A stretch of DNA of 64,000 nt, from positions 124,001 through 188,000 of the forward strand of contig JBLDXI010000007.1 of assembly GCA_047495785.1 (NCBI GenBank), in the 5' to 3' direction. The notes beneath the pieces were generated by a model. The model was not told where the DNA came from. It searched no databases and saw nothing but the letters and a program-made list of their open reading frames with translations. The translations under genes and the position numbers were made by a program. Shown one piece after another: positions 49,403 through 62,180 of this stretch. Position 1 is the stretch's first letter. The number at the start of each line of letters is the position of its first letter. This stretch comes from Lepidodermella squamata. Its lineage: Eukaryota > Animalia > Gastrotricha.

Positions 49403-52400
49403 ATGAAAGATCTAAGACGGTTCATTCTACTGATTCCCGAGCTCAACTACAAATTCGACGCCACTGAATGTGCCCAACAACTGTTCTTGCAAAGCCAGCT
49501 TATAACAAGTGGCGAACTTGGACGGGTTCAAGCGGCTCCGACAGCCCGCGATAAGGTTGTCGAGCTGTGCAACATTTTGGCGGGCAAAAAAATTTCAAAG
49601 AATTTGCTGAGCCAATTCGCTGCCGTTGTCGAGACTTATGGTAACAATCACAAATTAGCCAGTGATTTAAGGCGAAGAATCGGCGCACCAGCTGCTAAGG
49701 AGCAATCGACAAGGTATTTATCTATCGTATTGCGAATTCGGATGATTCGATTTTCCCCGACATTTTAGGGTCAGATTTTACGGCGATTTCCCGATAATTC
49801 CTAAGAGTTTCTACCCTCGCATTGAAGAGCAGCGCATCCGGCAATCTCTGGCGAGATTATGCGCTAAAAAATCGTCATCCTCAATGGTAGTTTCGGCCGA
49901 TCCCGGGTGTGGCTCGTCAAGCCTCATCGCTCGAATTATTTGCGACGAGAATTTTCTCACGGCACAATGCCACGCTTTCATCGTTGTTTGGCTACACTGC
50001 GCTTCGTTTGTCTCACCGACCACCGGAATTTTCGACAAGGATCTCTACTACGCCGAACTGCTAGCCGGGATTTTACAAGTTCAGGTTGATAGCAACTCTT
50101 CAAATGTTTTACAGCGCCTGCAAGATGCTGTTTCTTCTTTCGATTCAAATCGAATTATTGTAGTCGTTATCGATGGGGCATCGAACCGTGACGTCATACG
50201 ATGGACTGTGGAAATCGGCTCGCCTATTCGTTGTATCGCCATTTGTCAGGATAAAAGCCAAGTATCAAGACTTAGTGACACGGTTGAAGAAGTTATTCAC
50301 GTCGATAAGTTGCCAAATCACGAAATTCAGAAGTTTTTCGAATCCTACCGAAAACTACCGGCAATGGAGGATCACATGCTGGAAACTCTGGTAACATCAA
50401 GCGAAGGTCTGCTGTTGATAGCGGGTTTGATATCGCCGAGCCTGAGTGATCAAATAAGTTTCCCCGAAAGATTCCATCTCATGACTTCGAACTTCCAATA
50501 CGAAATCGATGTGAAAGATGTGCTTCAATCGGCAGTTCAAGGGAAACAGATCCAGAAAAATACTGTCGAGTTGATCAATGCTGTTTTATCATTTTCTGGC
50601 TCGGCGAATTTTTACACCGCTTTCTTGCTTTTCAATGCTGAACAACCTGTCGAGGCGGAATCGATGGCTGTAATATGGCGATGTTCAACTGAGGAAGCTG
50701 GTCGAATTTGTACTAGACTCAGCGAGTGGGGTTTGCTTGGTAGTATTAGGCGGTTGGACGTGAATGGTTCGAGGCGAAAATTCGCTATGAATAAGCTGCT
50801 ATTCGACATGAGCTCAGCTGATTTGAGCGAAATTCGCCGCCGATTAGTTCAGCGGCCGCCGAATTCGTCTGGAGAGAACATTTTACACGCCGCTGTTCGA
50901 AGCCGAAACAGTGCCGTTTTGAAGGCTTGTCTCACCAATGTTGATGTTCAAACTCTGCTGAAACTATGCGGTGAACCTACGGGCGACAAACATCGAACCC
51001 CTATGCACTATTTATACGAATTAGGCTTAGGCCGAGGTTGGAAATTAGCTCTGAATTTCTTCTGCCAATTCGTCGATAAACTGGCACAAAATGATAAGCA
51101 GGATACAATGAATACTTTACTCTTGCAAGACGAATCTGGAGTATCTGTTGCTGACCTTATGAAGCGCGATTGTCATGACAAGAAAAATTCGGAAGAAAAT
51201 GTCCTTTTTATTGCGGCTCGATGCGGTCATGTCTCTTTTATTGACTTGCTACTGGCACTTCAGGTCGATATACGAGAAATTTACGATGAATACGGCGATT
51301 CTGCACTGTTGATCGCAGTTGAAAACAGCCGATCAGGCGTTGTTCAGTTGTTGATAAACAGTGGAATTAGTGTTGATTCTGCCAATCGGTTTACCGGAAA
51401 TACTGCGCTGATGATTACGGCTGTTAGGAACGACGCTGAATTGGCATATTTCCTCTTCGATTTTCAGGCCAATGTCAACGCGAGAAATAAGAAAGGCGAT
51501 ACAGCTCTCATCTTAGCGGCTCAACACGACGAAACGGCGATTGTAGATGCATTTCTGGTCAATTTCGCCCGGGTCGATGCACGGAATAAGGACGGCGAAA
51601 CAGCTTTGCTTCAAGTAAGATTTTTTTTATAAGATTCCTGAGATTTACCTGCCGATCGAGGCTGAGGTTGAGCATTTTACCCAAATTTTCGGACGAAATG
51701 CAAATTTTTTGATATCCAGATTCAAGAATAAATTTAAGAGATTTATCAAATATCTGCACAACTAAAAATGAGAGTCTATCACTAAATTTTTCATCTTCTT
51801 TGCGATTTCGGCGTTTTTGTATTTTGATCGAAACTGATGCCCTCCTTGAACCTAGGATTTTTATTTTAGCTACCTGGCGCCCCAAGCTACGTAGAAAAAT
51901 TATCAATGTTGGGTTCCATGACGGCTGATATCGGAAAAATCACTGATTTGTAAAATCGATACTTGGAATCGATATCGGCTCTGCACGCTGAAATATAACT
52001 CATATTGCGAGTTACGCGTAATATGAAGATCGATCGGTTAGGCATGATAACAAAAAATTGAGATTCCAGAGAAGGCATGAAACTCGAAAATACTAATTCA
52101 AGGGAAATCTAGTGCTGGAGTCTCAAATTTAGGGCTTGAACCCTAAATTAAGGGCGCGCAAATGGCACACCCGAATTTTTTCAAATCGAAGACCTATCCT
52201 ATAATGTCCTGATGATTGAAGGCATGACTCCTATGTACCCAGCTTTCTAAAAATCAAGGGTTGAATAATTAGAACCTCGGTAACAATGGCTTAATTCCGA
52301 CTTCCGATATTGGAGAAACTTTTGATGCCGATTAGTTTTAGTTTATAGCAACCAACTTTTTCATATGAATTTCACTGTTTAACAGGTAGCTCGCAACGGT

Positions 52401-52910
52401 GGGATGAAAAATAGCTGTGCTATTGCTCGGAAACTGCTGGATTGCAATGGCAATGTCGTCAACCTGGCTAATAACTACGGTTACACCCCTTTGATTTTGG
52501 CCGCAAAAGAGGGACACGTTGAAATGACGCGTTTGCTACTTGCCCAGCCCGCTGTCAATGTCAACGCCCGAACTTTCAACCAACTGACCGCCCTAATGTG
52601 TGCTGCGATGAATAACCACGCTGAAGTCGTATCGATTATTCTCGATCGCGTGGAAAACGACCCGCTAATCATGGATGCGCAAAGCATTCCGAACGGCGAT
52701 ACAGCCCTGATGATGGCTGCGGTAGAAGGGCACCATTCAGCTGTCAAGTTACTCCTAGAACGTGGCGCTGATTCTAAGGTGAAAAATCGAGACGGTCAGA
52801 CGGCGCTATCGAAGGCAACTCTAGCCGGCCATCCTGAAATCACCCAACTTTTCATCGATCATGAGCGATATATTAATAGTTATTTCTTCAATAAATGTGT
52901 GATTCAATAG
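49403..52910 (+). CDS. CARD-like / degenerate NB-ARC / ankyrin-repeat protein. Exons 49403-49713, 49769-51614, 52386-52910
   Basis: Death-fold-like N-terminus; GDFPIIPKSFYPR; ADPGCGSSSL (P-loop position); IVVVIDG (Walker B position); WHD-like IW....EA..I...L...GLL; about 10 ankyrin repeats (GDTALILAA, GYTPLILAA, GDTALMMAA). Confidence 0.8.
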
Positions 52911-55655
52911 AATAAAGCTATCTCTCGGTTGTTTTGTTTTTCATCGAATGACCCACCTAGATGTGCGTGCTTTGAGGGGGCGGTGTCAAATTGTTGTTTT
53001 TAATAAAAACATGCTTATTACTACGCTGAAAAACGTGGCCTCGTGCTTCCCGCTGGGCAGGCGTAGTTTTTTTTGCAAATTTGCAAGTTGCTTCCAAGAG
53101 TACCGCCATATTATGTATGATACGACGGTGATCATTCAGTCAACGTTGGCACAGGTCTTGAACAAATAAAAACAAACCGGCTTTTCTTATAAGGCTCCTG
53201 CGCAGCGGCTATTATTATTCTTCTGTAAGCTATTACCCAACGAATATACAGTAATATTTAGCCATAGGATGATTGTTAAAATACGACGTTGTAATACCGG
53301 AGTCTATATGCGTTATAAATATACTTTTTGATGCTCTTATAACATTATTAATGAATTACAGGGGTCTCATCTATTGCTGGAAGGGCGAAAAAATACTTAT
53401 TTCATGTGTTCCCAAAATTAATGCTATACGCGGCGAAACAATTGTTCGAATGCGATTTGCTCACCGGGCAGCAAAGTTAGTCTTATTCGGTATCGCCCGT
53501 CTATAGCTTTTTTTAGCCCACTTCCCGCCTCAAGTTTTCCGCATCGATGATTTTTTAACGGCGCACCGGTTGGCCTGATATGCGGCTTGGAATATGGCGT
53601 TCTTTTTCCATTTTCGCCTGCTTTCCCACAATGGTATATCATTACAGCAGACAGCGATTTTCAATGATAACATAGCTATATTGCGTATAAATAAGATGAG
53701 AGTGTAATAGGCTGTTTATTTTCTACTTTTTTGCGCTCATCGCACGCCTCATTGCCGATGGGCTGTAGCGCAAGCACATTCGCGCACAGCGAGAGTTTTG
53801 GTATTTCAACAAAATTGCGCTCGGATAGATTACTCGCGGATTCAGCTGACCCCTCACCGAGTTAATCTAGCGTAGGGGTGGGGCGTCATTTCAATCTCCT
53901 CCGGCAGTGAAATCGTGACGCAATCGATATTTCAGCCAATAATCTAAATACTTTTTTAATTATATCACTTATTCTATTTAAATTATTTAGTCTCCAGATA
54001 GAGCGAACATTTCACATTTTATTGGCACTTCGCCGGTCTATTTTAGAGAAATCAAATATATTTTATTAGCTGTCTAAATTTATACCCCTCAAAGATTTGA
54101 AGTAGCACCCTAGTAAAACGAGAAAATTTTTTCAGGCTAAATTTTTTGCTCGAAATCATAAGTATAATCGCCGAAATGTTACTTTGGTACATTTACGGAA
54201 CGCTTAATTTGTATTCATCTGTGGTCTCAAAGCACATAATGTTTTATTCTTAGATATACCTATGTATATACATATCAAAGTCACGCAAAAGTCGGTTATT
54301 CTTTTTTGTTTCATTTACTATACACTTGCTACCTGAGTAAACATCCTTTGATTGAGTATATATTCATATAACCGCGCCAATTTGATTTGTCGCTGCGCGC
54401 GCGCAAAAAACTTTTGAGCGCGGCGTCGATATATGGCTCGCTTGACCTCACACGGGCCATCGTCACGGGTGCACGCAACGAAGCGACGAGAAGCGGCTTT
54501 ACTTTTGTGACCAATATATTACATTAGATGCTTTTATTACACGTTCAATTGCGGCTAATTTTTAGCTATTGATTCGCTGCCTCTTTTTTACTCCGATTTC
54601 GCAGAGTTTTTTTGAAAGACTGTAAACTTTACCACAACGGTCTCAAGTAGCACTTAAATGCTCTCTCCCTCCTATGCTGTCAGCATAGTGGAGGTGCAAC
54701 GGAGAGTATTTTGTGAGAATCTATAAATTTTATAGCGTGAAAATTTGGCTGCAATTATCGAGTCATTATTGCGTCGAGTTCAGGTCATGAAAAATAAATA
54801 CCTGTTGTGCAGAGTGAAAAAACTTCCCCGCCCTTCTGCCTACTCTCTTCGCATCTCTCTCATCGATTCAAGCTTAGCAATTCCACAAGTTTTTTTACGT
54901 ATAGTAGACGGCGAAAATTAGCCATATTTTCACTCTGAGCCCGGAACTATTGTACCCTCACCTTAGATATATGCGCACGTTACTCGCAATCAGGAATTTC
55001 GGGTGACCGAATGGCATGCTATTTGAATTATCCTAGTGCTTGCTATGAGGCATGCGATAGCCATCCTAATTTTGTTCAACATGAGAAAGTCAGGAAATTT
55101 CCTTTTTTCAAAGTTCAATTTAAGCACTTTGCCTTTGCGGTTATTTAAACTCAAACTCAATTTGCGTACGCTCGATCTGATGATCAGATGCGGCGTCATA
55201 ATATCATTCAATTGGGCAATAATAATATCCAAGTATATCATCGATTCCTTTGTGTAGAGGCGGCAATTTTTATAGCTATCCCAGACATGCGTCGCAAGTT
55301 TGTCTCTGTGTGAAGAATTTTTTCTTCATAGGACAATAGACGGATTTGCTCTCGGTCATTCATTAGACGCGTCGAATCGAATAATAGTACTATCCTATTT
55401 CCTAAGTTGTAGAACACCCCTTACTTCGTTTGATTGCATTGAGGGGAACACCTCAATATTTACCAAAAATAATACAATAAGAGATTTGGCATACTTTCAA
55501 ATAATATAATGAGTTTAGCAATCGTAATATAATATAAAGTCCTATATATCAACTGAACCATGTCTAATTAAATTTTCGAATATAGGCAAATACAATGATT
55601 AATATCGAATGTGTTAGAAAAATGCGGAAAAAATGAAGAGTTGAAATTGCTCGCA

Positions 55656-58600
55656 ATGGCAACAACATCGAAAGCGGGCCTTGTTTTCGCCGAGGTCGTC
55701 GATAGCGCCTTTAACAGCAGCGTTCTGTTTCGCGAACAGCCCGGCAGCCCGACGTCATCACTGTTCGAGGCGTCAACATCGCGCCTCTTCGAAGCCTCGA
55801 CAACACGCTTCGAATCAACGGCTTACTACGACCCAACGATACCGCCGTCCACCATCAGCTTCATATCGACTGTCGCGCCGTCCGATCTCGCTAATATATC
55901 GCCGTTTCAAGCCGGTTACTACTGCCTTAATTTGTTGCAACGGCCGCCGACTCTGGCGATACATCGCAGCATCGCAGCGTGGGTTGCAGTCACCCTGGCG
56001 GCTATCGGCATCATCGGCAACATATTCAGCTTGTTCGTGCTGTTCAGAACTCAACCGCGCTCACCTACCGATGTTTACATGATGCACCTGGCGGCGTATG
56101 ACGTCGCTTATGAGGCTTGTTTCATGTTTTTTTTCTCCCAGAATTTTATGTAATTTTTCGGGTTATTTTCTAGGTATTTTTTGCGCTTGTCATATCGTCG
56201 CGAACCTGGTGGTCGACACGACTGCGCGCGTCTTTCATTTATGTTTTCATATCGCTTGTCTGCCGGCCGCTTATCGACCTCTTCTCGAACCTAGCCACAG
56301 TCGTGGTTACGGTATTTGCAATGGAGCGACTACTCGCCGTTTATCGACCCCTTAAAATTCTCAATTCAAGCGCCAATAAGTGAGTTCAAACTTGGAAAAA
56401 TTATTGTCTCCTGTGACCGTTAATAACAAGTGAAAAGTGGGGTTTGGCGAATTTTCTGTATTTTCCGGAAACTTGCTGACTTGAAGAAGGACGATTATTG
56501 GATTCCAAGGTGTTCTTATATTCAGTTTTTCTTGGGGATTTTGAATTTCAGACCACTGAGAGGCTCCTATCCTCCTTAAAAGACGGGAAACCCCAAAGCT
56601 TCGTCTTATCGATTCAGGTTGTGATAAAGACACTAGCTTGATCCCATCAACATTTTCGAACGTCTAGCGAGATTCCTCACCTCAGATTACCCAAAAAATC
56701 GTCGAAGGCGCATTTAAAATGATATAAGAGTTTATTGCGTGCGGGGTTGATGCAATAAAAACTCAAATCGTTTAGGCGCACTTTTTTCGTTCTTCGAAAT
56801 GAGCGTTTTTCAGTGGGGGAAATTTAATGCCAAATTTCTCAGCAACCCTTAAGATTATCAACCACTGTTTGATATCGTTCGACTTCTCGTTCATTGATCT
56901 TCGAAGCGGCATCAAAATCTCGCGGTGTCAAAAATTTCACCAAAAACCCCACTTTCCACTTGTTAACGGTCGATGTTATTTAGGAACAACTTAGCTTCAG
57001 CACGAGCTAAAAGCAAAGCTGTAGTCTATTACAGAAAATAAATTGAACTGCCAATATCGACATATCATAATATAGCGTCTTGAAAATGATTAGTCGTTTT
57101 TTTTATAACTCTGCTTCTTTTTCGTTTCGCCTCATTGCTTTTCGAAAGAAATACAAGGTAAAGCTATATACCGTATATAGGATTAGGGAAAATGCCTATT
57201 TGCATGCTGCTCGGCACCGTTTTATAACAAAATTTGGCTTCTCACTAATTCTTCACATTTTTCCAAAATAAAACTTAAACGCTGTTAAAATTTTTAAATG
57301 AAATGAGAATCACGCGTAAATTCGCACGACGTGTTTAATCGAATTCATGGCGAGAAATACCTCGATTGATGTAAAGTTTTTCATATCCGCCGATTACAGC
57401 CGATAGATTTCAGCAAAATCTTTTCTAAAATAGGCTGGACAATTTTAGAATTTTTGAGTGTGACTTCTTTGGGGTGTAAACTACGGTGCACCAATAATTA
57501 AATATGCAGCCTGTGTATGCATGTCAATCCAATACTACTCACCCTCTTACATAATATTTCTTATCGAGTTTTAATGTGAACAATATGGTATAATTGATTG
57601 AAATGTATGTTGAAGACCGGAAAGTTAATTTGATATTTTTTGGTAATTTTCTAGACGGGTGCTTTGGTTTGCTCTCGGCACAGCTACTGCGATAACGCTG
57701 CCTGATTTCTTCGAATTCGGCATGGCATCTGTTGACGTTGTGACCACCGTTTACTCAACAGCCGCGCCAACAACGCTCGCTGTCTCGCTCAAAGACGACA
57801 ACGCAACTCGGCTATATTCCATCCCGCTGTCCACGCTCTCAAATTTGACGCGGCACCTCCTAACCGGGCTGAACGACTCGGCCGCAGCGTCGCTCGACGA
57901 AACGTCAGTGCTTTACGAGGACGAAATCGTCGTGACAGGCAGCGGGTTCGACGTATCGCCGTCGTTAACCCCTGTATTTTACAACGCCAGTAACAACGTT
58001 TCTCAGCATCAAACGCCGATGCTATCGCCGACCAGCTCGCCGGTCGCGCCAACCTCGTCGGCATCGGTCTACTGCTACTACCGGACCGAGTTCGCCAAGT
58101 CAGAGTTCTACAACGCCTACGTTTACTTCTACACCGTTGTATTCACATTTATTCCACTGTTTCTGCTCATATTCGCGAATGGCTTTCTGATTTGGGGCGT
58201 CGCAAGCGCGTCCAAGAACCGCCGCTCGCTGACGAAAGGCCAGAATGTCAACCGGCAGGCGAGTACCGCCCGCCCGCCTTTGTCGAACCGACCGTCGCAG
58301 TCGAACATTGCGGCGACGTTGGGTAGACGCGAGTCAAGCCCGGAGCTAGCGTCTGAAGCTGCCAGTTTGCATTACTCACGCTCAACAGCGCAGTCGGTCG
58401 GCAAGCCAGCTAAAACGCATCAAAGTGACCAGGTATTCATTTTTTTTTATCAAATAAAAAATCCCCGGGTATCCTTCCGCACATGCCGAGCGATAAAAAG
58501 ATTTGTTGCATACAATTCTCCGTCTTACCAGCTTTCGATTACCAGCGTAAGGCATCATTTAATTCGACCAATAACCAATTTTTGAAATTTTTATAAATTC

Positions 58601-59938
58601 GATTTGACATTCGATTTATTTACGTCATAAATATTCATGCGTGTATAATGAGTGCGCATCAATTTAATGGGGAGTTTCGGCAAAATTGATGCGCATTTCG
58701 ATTAATGAGCCTCGCCCCCTGAGGCTTTTTGTGGCCACCGTGTAGATATGCCTTTATTTTTCTTAAAATTTTTGAAAAATTATGTGTAATTTTTGAAAAA
58801 TTTCATAATACTAAATCTGAGGACTCACAAAGCAGATACTTGATGTGCAAATGAGCCTCGTAAATTATCCGCTGAATTCCCAACTTAATGGAAAGAAGTT
58901 TTAAATTGCCAAAAATCAGGTAAATTTTTTAAAATCACCAAAATTTGTACACCAATAAAAAATCATCGTCTCAACATACATCTAAAATTTCAAAATTTTC
59001 TGAATTTAGGCCGATTTTCAGTCTTCGTCTAAAATGGTGCCGCATGCTTAATCAATAAAGTTTTTCTCATCAATAAGCTTCATTCGCAAGCTTCATTCTC
59101 ATCAATAAATTAATCTCATAATTTTCTCTCATTTTGAAAAAATTCAAAAACTTTTCGAAATATTTCGAACCAATTCTTAATGATTTCGTGCCGTACCGTT
59201 TTTTTTAAACATTGTGATTTATTTTTTCCTGCTCAGAATCGGTTGACGCTCATGTTAGTGATGATCGTGCTGATTTTCACGGTGTGCCAACTGCCGATCG
59301 CGATTCTCGCCATATACAGCCTGCTGAACGAGGAAAGCGTCAGCAATTTCGGCGTGCTGGTCATCTACTCGAACATTCTTGTCATCGTCTTCTCGACAAC
59401 TAACTTCGCCTTCTACTCAGCTTTCAGTCGCCGGTTCCGGCACACCCTAAAAGAGATGATTAAGCGGCTCAAGTTGACCATTCGCAAAAAATCGATTGCA
59501 TACGGCTTGACGAGCCGCAGCAGCGACACGACGCTAGGCGGCGGCGCGTTGAGCCTAGCTGGGCCGCCTGATCCGGCCTTGGTTTTCGGCAGACACCGGC
59601 GCACGCTAACGGCGGTTAGCAATCGCAGCAACAAACCGACGCCTGGCTCGGATTTGATGCGCCGCCATACTGACTACAAGCCGAAGAAGCCGCCATCTGC
59701 CGTCAGTGCCTCTGATCTCCTCAGCAATCATGATGTGATAAGCGAGGCTGACGAGCAGTCAAAGCCTATGCTGGCGTCGGAAGCGTCGGCGAACGGCGGT
59801 TATTCTGACGCATTACAGCAGCATCCTAATAATATTGGTGAGATTTCGCGGCCGGTGAATGGTGACCAAGTTCGTGCACTGCTGCGGCGTGTCACGACTG
59901 TGGATTTGCCCGAGGACCTGCCTGTCAGTGATGTTTAG
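55656..59938 (+). CDS. Class A peptide GPCR (FMRFamide/proctolin-receptor-like). Exons about 55656-56114, 56174-56379, 57655-58432, 59237-59938
   Basis: TM1 GIIGN, TM2 LAAYD, TM3 MERLLAVYRPL, TM5 FIPLFLLIFAN, TM6 FTVCQLP, TM7 NFAFYSAFSRRFR. Confidence 0.9.
56415..56971. mobile_element. MITE-like element in a GPCR intron
   Basis: About 40-bp imperfect TIRs: GACCGTTAATAACAAGTGAAAAGTGGGGTTTGGCGAATTTT versus the reverse complement GACCGTTAACAAGTGGAAAGTGGGGTTTTTGGTGAAATTTT. Confidence 0.65.
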
Positions 59939-60399
59939 GGAACTCTACAAAGTCACACGGCTCAACTTGAACGAATTCATCGCTATCTTAGACGCGTATA
60001 TGTGCGACGCTTTCAAAAATTCATCGCGGTATATAATTGAAACTGTAACCAACCAATATTAAGACAGGTCTATTTTATTCAATTTACTATAAAAAAACAT
60101 CCTGGTATAGAGAACATTGCTGAAACAAAAAAGAATTAATTTATGACTGTATTTTTTGTAAAAAAAAAGTTTGCGGTGATTCTTGTTTTGATTTCAAACG
60201 GTCTATTCAAGTAAAGCGTTAGCTACTCTTATGTTGATGCTTCATCTATCACACATCCTTATTATTTTATCAAAAAATATGCCGTTGAATTGATGCATCT
60301 TATGTGCGCGACAAACATGACAAATTCTTTGTTAAAATCGATAAAGTTATCGGGGTTTTTCTTGATTGAAGGTACGAGAATAAATGAATTCGCGACGTT

Positions 60400-62180
60400 C
60401 TATTGGAAATCGCTGTACTCCATGATGTTGGTCAGATTTCGATAGTCGTCGTTCTCGCGGACTTGATAGGCGACGTATAAGCCAAAGGTCATAAATCCGA
60501 TGATGGTTGCAAGCGAATAGGTGTATAAACAGAGGCTATTTACGAACTCGCCGGTGATAGGCGGGAAGGCGAAGTGGTTGCTCTTTTGCTTTACAAGCTT
60601 CTCCGCCGAAGCTGGGCGAAAATCTCTAGCTATTTTCTTCGCAAAATTTATATCTGAATGACCCATGTGAGATGACAAACGGCGGCTGTAGGCCAGTCGC
60701 GTAACTGGACGCTCATCAGTCCTGTCCTCGTTTGCTTCCTTCAACTGCCTACTGATCGTGTATCGCATAATAAAGCAAGCCGCGACAGTTGAGAGAGAAG
60801 CGAGGACTATATAGCAAAAAACAAAAGGTAACAGCCAAAAAAAGAAAAAAAAATCGACAAACTGATATTATAGGCGAAGAAAACTAGAATCATAGGGACG
60901 TTGACGCTGCAATATAAGTTACAAGACTTAAACATTCAGTTAAGCTTATTGGAGCCAATTTTTACCTGGTTTGAGGCGTGGACATCGTAAAAAGGGTGTA
61001 GAGGAAAAAGTAGCCAAGAAGTCCACTGACAGCGGTGCTGACTTTTTCATCGCCATCAGCTACAATAAAATTCTTGAAGTTCCCGATGAAATTAAAGAGA
61101 GATATACTTACCTGCAATAACAAAGGCCGAACCAGTTTGAAGAGCTGTTGCAACTAAGGGATATGATTCATTATGGTGTTACTTTCCAAGGTCGCTTGGA
61201 AACCTACTTGATGGTATAACCACGGTCCAGGCGTAGTAGGAAGGTCGTCTATCTAGCCGATACCAGAATCTTATTGCAGGATCCCGCGATGGAACATCGA
61301 ACTTCTGCTGGGTCAGCTTCCACATTGGGTGATCACTGTCGCAACTGAAGCGAACAATCGCCGCTCTCGGCTCTTCTACAAGATAGATCAGCTGGTTAGT
61401 CCGTAATTGGGACGACTGCATGTAAAGATAGCAAAGTTGCTGGAAAATCGAAGTTGATTCGTCTTACTCAAGGTTTTCTAGTAAATTACTAACCGAGTCA
61501 AAGGGAAATAGAGTAGCATCGAAAGAGCACCCAAGATCGATGTGGATAGGAACTAGCCATTTCACCAAACCGTTGGCTTGAACAACGGCCGGGTACTTTT
61601 CCCACGCATCGGGGTATACAATCTGGGTTGCGCCATTTAGAATTTCGAAGTTGGGAAACCACATATTTCCGTCCAATTTCTGAACCACGGTCTCTGCCGA
61701 ACAATTTTCGGCGTCATTACCCGTCAACTGAAGCAGCGGGTTGTACCAAGTGAACTCAAATCTTTAAGGAATTTGCATCAGCCTTGGCTATGAGCCGGTA
61801 ATGAAATCATACCTGGTGGTTATGCTGACCTGCGAACTGGCGTCGGAAACATCGTCGACGGAGAAGATCACTAAGCGAACTTGCACTCGCATAGGAACTT
61901 CAGGTAGCAGTGCAGCGTCATCTTTTGTGTCGGCGATTTTCGCAAGCAATTGTCGGCCACATCTGTAACCTCTTGCAGTCGACGTTTCCGATCCATTTGC
62001 AGAGGTTACCGCCGTATTCTTATTAGCTACAACGCTTCCAACATTCGAGCTAGAATCTGCCAATACGTCATTGACTGCACCGTAGGCACTCTGGAAATTA
62101 GGCGGAAGCGTCGCAGCGTCCAACTTAAGAACTAGAACGGCTAAGGATAGGAGCAGCTTGCAGGCAACTGAAGGTGCCAT
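60400..62180 (-). CDS. Divergent Cys-loop ligand-gated ion channel subunit (nAChR/5-HT3-like, non-alpha); 7 exons
   Basis: Signal peptide; W.NP.L; MWFPNFEILN; G.VKW; Cys-loop C-SFDATLFPFDS|QL-C (13 residues); RRPSYY..TVVIP; M2 GDEKVSTAVSGLL; P.TS.NVP. Confidence 0.85.
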
